Shown piece by piece: positions 28,972 to 39,391 of a DNA stretch of 64,000 nt. The notes under the pieces are model-generated. The model had not been told where the DNA came from, made no database searches, and worked only from the letters and a program-made list of their open reading frames with translations. This stretch comes from Tubiluchus corallicola. Lineage: Eukaryota > Animalia > Priapulida. The stretch is from positions 324,034 through 388,033 of the forward strand of contig JAQGDQ010002379.1 of NCBI GenBank assembly GCA_030141605.1, read 5' to 3'. The position numbers were made by a program, and so were the translations under genes. Numbering within the stretch: the first letter of the stretch is position 1; each line of letters starts with the position of its first letter.

Positions 28972-29326
28972 TGTTGTGGAGATCGCTGACGTCAAGTAGA
29001 ATTGCACAGAACGTCGTAGAATGTTCTGTCGGGATGACCGCTTTAGCGTCTGGATTGTTCTCGAACATTTGTTCCAGAAGTTTCTGCAGTGCGCTATATA
29101 AGGCGAAGCAGGCTGCCGACAGGGGATCGCACGCAGATCTAACACGGACTTATACTTACGCATTTATACTTACTTAAACGTTTTCCAGATTTTCACGTTT
29201 ATTGTAATCATTTCAACGTTCCTTCATCTTTTGTATAGTAGAATTCTCGCTAAATAAAGCAGTTTTATTTGACGGCGTGTTTTCTGGTTTTCTCTACGAG
29301 CCTTTCGAGAGAAACTAAACACAACA
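28972..29326 (+). mobile_element. Solo LTR (355 bp)
   Basis: TGTTGTG...CACAACA termini, 5-bp target duplication CTAAC (28967-28971, 29327-29331), TATATAA at 29095 and AATAAA at 29253; empty site GATCTAAC at ~45117 and ~59505. Confidence 0.92.
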
Positions 29327-29421
29327 CTAACTTGTATATTAAGTAATACGATACAGACAACATACTAGATTAAAAATTTCTAGCTTCATATTTGCATTTT
29401 GTTTCTACTCAACAGACCAAG

Positions 29422-32400
29422 ATGACAAGTTTAAATAAGGGATGCACGTTGCCTTTATATGTGGTGGATGCTTTCACAAGCCAGGCATTTGCTGGAAATG
29501 CTACTGTTGTATGTCTAGTGTCACACAATCAGGTAAATTAATGATCTGTCATTAACAAACTTTTCGTCTTAATCTGTTGTCAGCTATTTTTATTGCACTG
29601 TTCTTCACTGCAAATAACTTGTGATCCTATAGCACAAAATCAAAGTCAATGTATGTGGCTTAATCGCACTCTTATTTATGTAAAGATACGAGTTTTTAAC
29701 TACTAACTGATAATGTTTCTTGTTATTTATTTATGCGATTAACTCAATTAATCTACTGTGTTACAATAAATAAATCATTATATTATAATATTTAAATCAC
29801 AGGCTTGCATAATAAAAATCACTGGTTTCCTTTTAGAAATATTGAAACAAATTTAACAAGTTAGATGAAAATAAAAGTGTCCATTTGGTCACAGCTGAAA
29901 TCAATTTGTAATCAATTAAACTTATAACATCAGTCATAATAATGTCAGGATAATGGTGACTGTGCCTTTCAGTTATGTTTGTATTTGGATCTATTATAAC
30001 AGTAGGTGTTTTTCATAAAGCGTTAGTATAATTTTAAGTGAGAATTACAATGAGTATCAATGCAGAAAATGCATTTTGTTGTTGTTGTTGTTTCCGTCTC
30101 TACTGAGGCTTTGTAGTTTCTTTTTGCAATTAGAATAGATATTCTGTGTATTATTTGAACTGTACAAAACAGCAGATATGTTATATGTTCAAAATGTATC
30201 CCAAACTGCCCAAAAGCTGTGTTGTTTTTATTAGTTGAATTGTGGTGTAATCTGCATTTCTTGGGTTATATTATTAAATGGCTGTAGACATTGTGATGTA
30301 TATAGTCCTTCGGTTATTCTATTTTAGGTAATCGACGATGCAAAAATGCAAAAAATTGCTTTCGAAATGAACTTGCCGATAACCGGTTTCATTGCACTGC
30401 CAACAGAAAACGATTCGTTCAAGAATTCTTCCCGTTTTGGTCTACGATGGTTTACCCCTGCCTGCGAATTCCAACTGTGCGGTCATTCCACTCTTGCTGC
30501 TGCCACGGTGCTTTTCTCTTGTGTTGGTAAATTTGCTAAGCAGGACAGAAATGTAAATCTAGAAGCTGAAGCTGAGTCAGTTGCTACTAAATCAGCTGAG
30601 TCACACAGTAAATCAGCTAGCTCGGCTGAAACTGAGTCAGTTGCTACTAAATCAGCTGACACTCACAGTAAATCAGCTAACTCGGCTGAAACTGAGTCAG
30701 TTGCTACTAAATCATCTGACACTCACATAGTAAATCAGCTAGCTCGGCTGAAGTAATTTTAATGTTGTAATTGTAATTTTAAACAAACAAGCATACAAAA
30801 ACATACGTAAACTTGATAAAATCCTAAACAAAAAAATCTTTGCTTACGAATAGCCTAAATTGCTGCAGTTCAAGAATATGCCGGTACATGGTTTTTAAGA
30901 ACGTGACAACTGACAACTGTGTGAGTGACAGTACTTTCTCTACCTTACTGCAGATGCTAGCAGTGCAGCACCATCATGTGCTCTGGTTCCGTACAAGTAT
31001 AAAGAAAGAACTAAAGAAAAAAGACTTATTGTATTGAATATTATCGATAATATTGAGTGAAAATAGGGGGCGCTGCAGTTCTGATACTTATACACAACCG
31101 CCACTGTGCTGCATAAACACTAGGCCAAGTTGACCAAAACCTAAATTTTCCTAAGTGAACTTGGTTCAGGAATTGACACTTATGATTACTCCTTCAGTGG
31201 CTTACTTACTGGAGTTCACCATTACGAATGACAGATTGTGATTCTTATGTCCTGCAGCAACAATTTAGTGTTAGTTTGAATAGTTCTATTTGTGAACTGG
31301 TTTAAGTGATTCGACAGCACGCCCCTTTATATGCCATATATCTCTCATAATTTATGTACTCGCGATGTTAAAAAAATCTCCTGGCTTATAATCTGGCAAC
31401 TCTAGCAATGGATTTATTGAAAATATAATTTAAATCCAACCCTTGGCAAGGCTTATCTGGATTACCAACAAATCAATACTAAACACCAAAATGATCCCAT
31501 ACCTGTGGCTAATGTTGCCTATTTGTGCATTTTATTTAATTTTGAATTGACTGCTTTCTCATTCAAAAATTTCTGAAGTTTAGTATCTCTGCCAGCACAC
31601 GTACAATATGACCGCATTGCAACCAGTGATTTCATCATCATCATAAGCCTGTTACATTATTTCTAGACATTGGGCAGGCAAAATTCTAAAATAATAGAAA
31701 TCTGTCCTCAAAACAGGTAAACACAGCAGTAATCTAACAAAAACTGGACACTGCTATGCCAGTGACTTTTTCGCAAGAGCAAAAATCATCACAGCCGGCA
31801 AAAATGTCAGCTACCTCGACTTCCGTCACCGAGCGGCTGGCACGACTAAAGCTGGGTTTCTTATCGGCTAGGTCGACTGTAGAAATAAACCGGCTGGAGC
31901 TGAGCTGAAGCGGTACGGCTCTGGCTTCTATGGCGATCCCATAAGTATTTTTCACGTTGTCTTGAAAATCAGGGAGTTTTTATTTGCCAACCTAATACCA
32001 AACGAATTCACTGTGAATTTATTTGTGTGCTAATGTGTTTACTTCAAATAAGCTTCCATGCAGTTTTGCTTTTTTTTCTTCTATTGCTTGGAGATTGTGT
32101 GCCTTTTTTTGCATTTTAGGACTTAAAGCATTCCGCTGTTTTCAGTTCTCATCATATTTGGCATTTTCTTAGGAGACTGTCAGCTTTCCCTTCTTTTTAT
32201 CTGCACTTTAAAAAATTGGAAAAGAAAAATAGTGCCTGTTAACCATATTCTAAACCATATTCTATTCAAATAATGAAATTACAATTAGGCATTGCAATAT
32301 TTGATTGTATTGCTAATCCACTAATGCTACGATTAGGCTCTAAATATTTGTGAAATTGATAATCATTATGATAGGCAGGTCTGAAATTAAAAGGCAGCTA

Positions 32401-35400
32401 GTGAATATATCTACAGCTATGTAAATTATTACAGGTAACGAATTTACAGAGATTACATTTGATACGCTGAGTGGACCACTTGTTGCCAGAAAAAAAGAGG
32501 ACAATATGATTCTGCTTGATTTTCCTGCTAATCCAACTATTAGTGTTAACAAGGAAAATGTGAAAGAGCTTTTAAAGGTACCTACTCTTTTGAATGAGCT
32601 GTAAAACAAGTTTGCTTGGGTTTTTGTTGTAAGTAATTTTATCATTGAAGCTTTTAGCAGGTAGGTGGTTGACAGTTTGGAAGACATTCTGACACCTTGG
32701 TATATTTATGTATTTTAGGAAATTTCCAGGCTTACTCGTTTTAACTGTGTGTGCTGGCCATGTTTTTCAAATGTATCATATGGGCTGTTTTTTTGGTCAA
32801 TAGCTAAATTGCAGCTTTGCACAGACTTTTTTGAAGGCATATTACTTAGTATTATCTTACTTGTATTACTTAGTATTACGCTTTCTTGCCTGCAATACTC
32901 ATGTAAATAGAAAAGACACATTTTCTAGCTTTATGTAAGTAAAGGGCTTTCTTGCCTGCAATACTCATGTAAATAGAAAAGACACATTTTCTAGCTTTAT
33001 GTAAGTAAAGGGCTTTCTTGCCTGCAATACTCATGTAAATAGAAAAGACACATTTTCTAGCTTTATGTAAGTAAAGGGCTTTCTTGCCTGCAATACTCTT
33101 GTAAATAGAAAAGACACATTTTCTAGCTTTATGTAAGTAAAGGGCTTTCTTGCCTGCAATACTCATGTAAATAGAAAAGACACATTTTCTAGCTTTATGT
33201 AAGTAAAGGGCTTTCTTGCCTTTTATGACAATTTTTTGGTGTTTTAATTAACCCTATTCAGTTTTTGAATTTACCTGAAGAGGGGGACAGCATGAGAGGA
33301 GCATGGAAATTATTCAAAGGTGGGACGGGGTGGGGTGGTTACAGTAATGGTGGCAGTGAAGCGCTTGCTGTTACTTTATTGTTTCTTTTTACTGGCTGTT
33401 ACACACCCGTGCATGCATGCACACGCACGCACACACCCACACACACACACTGTTACATAATATAGTAAAGTATATCATATCACTCTTTTCGGTGATTCTA
33501 GATTGCATAGCACTCCTACAATAGGACTAGTTGAAGTTTAGCAAACAACTATCACAATTACTAACCTGACATTCTGTGCATTAAATTTAGAAATCCACAG
33601 ATTAAAGATACGAGACAATGCCGCTATGATAAAACTAAGGGTGCATTCAGACTAGCGAGTTTTCTGTTGGGAGTTTTTCTCTAACACCAAACTTGCAAGT
33701 GTGAACTGCTTTGCGAGTTACTATCGACAAGTCATTGCACACTTTCAGACAGTTGCTACGAAATGATTTCCTGTTTAGTGTGAACAGTCTCAGCGAGTTA
33801 CTCTTGACACTGCTCCCAGTGAATAGAGGAGGAGTATCAGCTGGTGTTTACTTCATGCTGGAGAATTTTGTTCTTTAGTCTGAACGTGCTTGCGAGTTAC
33901 TTGGCGAGAAAATTTGCTAGTATGAATGCTTCATTACTCTCAAAAGCAGTGCGACAAAATATCAACATTCTTGCAACAGTCAAGTCATCTAAATTCTTCT
34001 TTGTAAAAAGTATTTTGGTCCAAACTTTAATACACTGTAGAATCTTACGTGAATGTTTTTTATAATACAGGTACTTGTTGGAGATTTACCTATTGTTGAT
34101 GTGGAGTATGCTCCTGTTATACAACAAATGATTGTGTGTCTTCAAGATTCTGTGTCCAGGTGTGCATGTTGATAATTTTTTATTTGGTTTGTCGTGTGTC
34201 ATTCGTTTTGCACTTTTCATTTGCTTTCATGTTATTATACATACTATAAAATTGCTGCAAATTGCACAAATCTGCAATTAATCTCTATTTCTATGAAGTG
34301 TGTTTGTGTATGTTTGTTTATTTGTTTGCTATAAAGTCCTGTTTTATTTATTTAACTTAAAATTTGGTCTATTAAGTTGCTAATACATCACACTCCCCAT
34401 TGAATTATGGGATATGTACAGTTATGTGCAGAAATCAATTAACAAAAGCTGAAGTCAGTCTACTTTTTAACTTTTGGCAGGAGTTCTACTTACATGAAAA
34501 AGAATTTAAAATACACTATGTTTCAGTCCATTGTTGGGTTCATTCTCTCATTGTCTCATTTTTCATTCATTAGTCATTGATGTTATTATTGTTGTAAGTA
34601 TAAGGCTTCATGTGTGTGTGTGTGTTTTACCTTCAGGCAAGGACTACTATACAACAGGACGTGCACAGTCAGATCTCTGATTCCGCCAGCGGAGGCGATC
34701 AATACTTGTAATGAACGTAATCTAGAAATAGTGCGCTTTAGAGAGTAGTGATCTTGGAAATTAAAGAATGGACGGATCGGTAGATAGCGAGTATTATTTT
34801 TCATTTAATTGGTTCTTTACATTACGGGAGAAAAGTTCCAATTGTTTATTTTATGTATCAAAGGAAATTAGTGTTCATTTTTACTTCTTAAATAGCGCAC
34901 TACTTTAGGCGTAAGTGTGTTTTACCGGAAGTAGTGCTTTGTCATTGTTAATGTGTCATTGTTCAAAGTCAAGTGAAGCGTTGTTTTCGTGCTTGTGTTT
35001 GTTTCTTTTGGGATTATTTTCAAAATTTCTCGTGGATTTTATACATCTGTGCTCAGCAGCATGCCTAACAAGGTAACTATGACACGGAGAACAAGTGTCG
35101 TGTGTTCAGACTGCCAAGAGATCATGTAGAAAAACAGAAATGGCTAAGTGTTCTTCCCCCACGCGAAGGCTTTGTTGTTGATCCATCGAAATTTTTCATT
35201 TGCGAAAAGCATTGGCCATCGGATACTCAAATAGTCAAAATTCCAGGTGGTCACACCAGCCAGTGGATCCACCCAGTATTTTCAACGTTCCAACATCATG
35301 CTTGCCCACTCCAAAGCCACCACCTCGCCCTCCAAAAACTGAGGACCAGCAGCTGAATTATTTCTTTAAAAAGGATAAAATAACTTATCTCAATGAATTC

Positions 35401-38400
35401 ACTCCTGAGAAAGACCTGCATAAGACGTATCAGAACCTCATTATATCTCGCGCACAAGACAAATTTGTGTGCATGTTCATGGAAGAGGACCACAGTCAAT
35501 GTTATATGTCAATTATTGTTCACAATAAGCCTACCTTGTGTTCCCCTCTTACTCTGTATGCTTTCAAAAACGGGATCAGTGTGCCATTAATTAAAATCCT
35601 CAGTCCGAACAATGGACTGTCCTCTTACTCACAATTTTTCGCGGTTGTGAATTCTGTTGTCAACCACATTCATCATGTTGATGATATTGTCAACAAAGTG
35701 ACAAAGTCTCTTGAACTTGAACTAGCTCAAAATCGAGAACAATCTCCTAGTGTTAATGCTAAAGCCAAGAAGCTCAAATTTCTAACACGACAGCTTCGAC
35801 TATTATGTGATAAGACTTTCACAGTGTCTGATTATTGCTTTGCAATAGAGTCATTTCCCCATTGCAATTACGAACAACTGCGTGACTTTTTAGTGTTACC
35901 CAGCAAAAGAAAGCTGCAGTCAGTTATTTCATCGACAGATATTGACAAGGTGCTAGGTAAAACATTTCAGAAAGTAAAAAGCTCTGAGCAGAAACACTGT
36001 ATGCTATTGGTGGATGAAGTGAAAATATGCCCAACAGTGGCTTAAGGTCCCATGTTGCTTAATTTTGCAGCTAAGGACACTGTGAGCAACAAGCTAATCC
36101 TGTCATTCGTGATAAAACAATAAAGAGACATTTATTTTCAGGGAGATCTTGGAAGCAAGGGCACCGGATATTTTTGCTCTTCCTGCAGCTAACACATCCC
36201 TGATGAAACTGTACGGTGTCCACTTGACGGTTAAAGCTCCAGCCAACTCCGGCTATGACTTTTATTCCCGCAGTTTTTTTCCCTGGATTGGAACGTCTGA
36301 AGATCCAGTTTGTGGTAAACAATTTGCATTGTTTATGTAAGAATGAATGAATATACTATTGATATATATGAATTAATTATAATTATCTTTGCTTTAAAGT
36401 AAAGCTAAACAAAAGAAATTATGTTTATTATTCTTGATGTGCACCATTTTGCTGCGTCTGTGTTTGCCAGTAAGTGGCGTACTCTACTGGCGTTGTTTTG
36501 TAACTTTTCTTTCTCTTTTGAAATGCAGCACAACTAGGGTTGTGGTTTATACAGTAAAATAATTAATATTGGAACATACGATAATTTGAGGCTTCATGCC
36601 ATACAAAAGAGGTAGCTATACGAAGATTGTTAATTAGTTAGTTAGCTATATAAGCTAGTCAGTTAGTCAATCAGTTAGTTTTGGCAAGTTTTCAGTATGG
36701 CATGTTGGGTTGGACAGCTGGGTGTTCTTGGCACTCTTGGCGGCTTTACATTCTTGGAGGCTTGGCGATGGGGTGGAAGACAGAGGCAAGATTTGGAGTG
36801 GAAAACAGGTAGAGTGTCGGCAGTGGGACTGATGTAGGAAGATAGTAGGGTGTGAAGAGAACCACCTAAACTGCAAGAGTGCCCAAATCAATACCAAAAC
36901 ACTAAAATGATCCCATGCGTGTGTCTAACATTGCCTATTTTTGTGTTTAATTTTGAATTGACTGCTTTCTCATTAAAAAATTTTTCAAAGATAGTATCTC
37001 TGCCAGCACACGCACACAGTATGACCACGAATCCGTAGTGCATTCGCCAAATTTCACCCAGTGATTTCGTCATCATCACAAGCCTGTTATGTCAATTGTA
37101 GACATTGGGTAGGCAGAACTCTAAAATAAAAGAAATCTGCCCTCAAGACAGGTAAACACAGCAGTAACCTAGCAAAAAACTAGACACTGCTTTGGCAGTG
37201 GCTTGTTCGCAAGAGCTAAAATCTTCGCAGCCGGCAAAAATGTCGGCTGGCTCCACTCATCTCTGAGTGGCTGGTGCGACTAAAGCTGGGTTTCTTATCG
37301 GCTAGGTCGACTGTAGAAGTGAATTGCCTGGAGTTCAGCTGAAACGACATGGCTCATGCCTCTAGTTTTAAGATGAAGATTAGTTTTAGTTTTGTTCTGT
37401 GTTAGTCTTGCATTTTCTGTCTTAAGTCTGACTGAAAATCACTATGTCACTGAAGGAGTTGCCAGTTTTATGGTTTTTCTGTTGAGGTGGTTTCTAACTT
37501 TGCAGTTTTTATGAGAATAATGAAATTTTGGCCACAAAATATTCTATCCAGTACAGAAGGACTTATGTGGTAATAGTTCCAGTGAATAAAGTATACATTG
37601 TAGGCCTGATTTTCAAAAACATGAAATGTTTTTTTTTCAAAAACATGAAAAGCCTATCTTAATTCATTATATTTGCATGTTTAAAGTTTGCAATGTTTGA
37701 TGCCAGTAATCTCCAACTAATTTCTGACTATGTTAGGGTCGGCTCACACTATATTTGGTTGTTACTGGCAAAAAGTGCTGGGAAAATCAACTTTTCAAGG
37801 TAGGATAATTTGCTGTTTTATGACGTTTGTTATAATTTAACTTATGATGCTTATTCGTTTATGATCTGATTTTGTATGTTTTTCAGTATGTCAGTAGATC
37901 TCAATTTAAATTCTGTGCAAGATTATTACCATGCTGACAAAGAGCGACATAGGTTTGATTTACTTAATGTCGTACAGCACACTGTAATTTAATGTGTGTA
38001 AAGTCCTCGAAAGGTTAAAAAATGAAAATTTCCAGCCATTGTAAATAACTGCGTCTTAGTTTACATAATTTTTCACAAAAAATTACAGAATGCTATAAAA
38101 TATAATTGTTATTTTGAACAATATATATTTTTAGTGGCCAGTCACAAAGTATAATTACTGCCCTGCAATACCATATCACATAGACTTGTGCAGCATATGT
38201 TACCGGAACAGTATCTTGCTTAACCCTTTTACCGCCTCCATGATGTACTATTATGTCTATTTTTTGTATTGGCTTATGCCTATTTGATGTACATATTTAT
38301 CATTAGTATCTAGCGCTCCATTTAAACTCTGGCGAAGTGTATTATCGCTTAGTTTAGTACGTTTAGACAGCTAGCAGGGCCCAGCACAGCTCCAGGAATA

Positions 38401-39391
38401 TGTGTAAACTGAGTTTGACCTTATTTCCTTGGCTACATAGCACATCTGCTACGTACATATATGTCTTCGACTGTGAATTCTGCATCATTTGAAATTTGCT
38501 GTTTTTGCACATTTTTATTATTATTAATAATAATCTTTTGTTCGTATAAAATTTTTTATACAGCAATGTAGTTTTAGTATAAATAATTAATACAATGAAA
38601 AATAATTTTTGTTAGTAATTAAAAAACAAGAGATTTAGAGATTTTAAGACAATTTTCAGCAAAAAGCTTAAAGATTTGATAGTTTTGGAGGTTTTAATGC
38701 ATATGCACACTCTCCCACTTATTTTAGAGATGATGGACCTATATATATATATATATATATATATATGTTCTAAACATTCTTGATAGATATATAAAAATGA
38801 TCTGTAAAGGGATTATTATTCTTGTACACAATTCTACGTGATTTTAAGGCTTTTGGTTTTTGCATGTATTTTACTTTTGATAAATGTATACCAAAACAAA
38901 TATATTTTTAATTGTGACTTGCACAAGTTGATTTTCGGGCTGAATTTAGGGGCTGAAGCTGTTTTACTTGCATGACACTATAATTTTGCTTTGGAGGTTC
39001 ATTTATTGATCTAAATTCAGTTTCATGTGCAGTTTCATATCACCATATTGCCTCATTTGCAAATAAATATAAAACTTAAACAAGTAAGTAAATATATAGG
39101 CCTAACAAATTTTCGTGAATGAATGTAATGATTGATTGATTGAATGAATGAATGAATAGGTGGGTGCATGATTGATTTTTATTTGGCTTGTTGAAATCAT
39201 ATCTTTTTTTCTTATGAACAATATCAAAATAAAGTTGCAAAGTTGTTATTTTGTCATGTGCTTTGTGCGTTTTTGTAGCTCGTCAGTGCTCAAAAAGAGG
39301 AGGAGATGTCTACGTGAATGTACGAGAAGACAAGAGAGTCGAGATTGGAGGCAAGTCTGTAGTCGTTATAGAAGGAAAGATCTATTTATAG
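29422..39391 (+). CDS. PBLD: PhzF/PBLD-family isomerase/epimerase, copy 1 (296 aa, 7 coding exons)
   Basis: Exons 29422-29532 (MTSLNKGCTLPLYVVDAFTSQAFAGN), 30328-30526 (MQKIAFEMNL..LRWFTPACEFQLCGH), 32435-32577 (ITFDTLSGPL..LDFP), 34071-34159, 36142-36314 (YDFYSRSFFPWIGTSEDPVC), 37737-37799 (GSAHTIFGCYWQKVLGK), 39279-39391 (ARQCSKRGG..IEGKIYL*). All GT-AG, phases join in frame, no internal stop. Confidence 0.93.
30565..30752. repeat. ~60-bp tandem repeat (3 units) in intron 2 of copy 1
   Basis: GCTGAAACTGAGTCAGTTGCTACTAAATCAGCTGACACTCACAGTAAATCAGCTA(A/G)CTCG units; a single unit in copies 2 and 3. Confidence 0.9.
31471..31925. repeat. ~460-bp dispersed repeat present in introns 2 and 5 of the PBLD-like genes
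   Basis: Homologous blocks at ~36888-37360, ~46693-47150, ~51840-52315 and ~61080-61540 (TTGACTGCTTTCTCATT, CTGCCAGCACACG, CCAGTGATTTC.TCATCATCA, GCTAGGTCG.CTGTAGAA). Confidence 0.85.
32880..33220. repeat. 66-bp minisatellite, 5 units plus 11 bp, in intron 3 of copy 1
   Basis: Unit GCTTTCTTGCCTGCAATACTCATGTAAATAGAAAAGACACATTTTCTAGCTTTATGTAAGTAAAGG; single unit at ~48106-48182 and ~62493-62569. Confidence 0.97.
33639..33933. mobile_element. PIF/Harbinger-like MITE (also at ~48609-48904 and ~62999-63293)
   Basis: TAA|GGGTGCATTCAGACTAGCGAGTTTT ... AAAATTTGCTAGTATGAATGCTTCA|TTA inverted termini. Confidence 0.7.
34638..36045 (+). mobile_element. Truncated P-element-superfamily (THAP9-like) transposon in intron 4 of copy 1
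   Basis: THAP-like FRLPRD..QKWL..FICEKHW (ORF 35102..35356), frameshifting into PPSIFNVP...YEQLRDFLVLPSKRKLQ...CMLLVDEVKI (ORF 35200..36045), which ends just after the first catalytic Asp; absent from copy 2. Confidence 0.82.

Noticed and set aside
32876-33220. CRISPR-like array or repeat protein
   Set aside because: Head-to-tail identical units without spacers, inside a eukaryotic intron.
35061-36045. Domesticated THAP9-like host gene
   Set aside because: N-terminal THAP cysteines appear deleted, there is a frameshift, and it is truncated after the first catalytic Asp.
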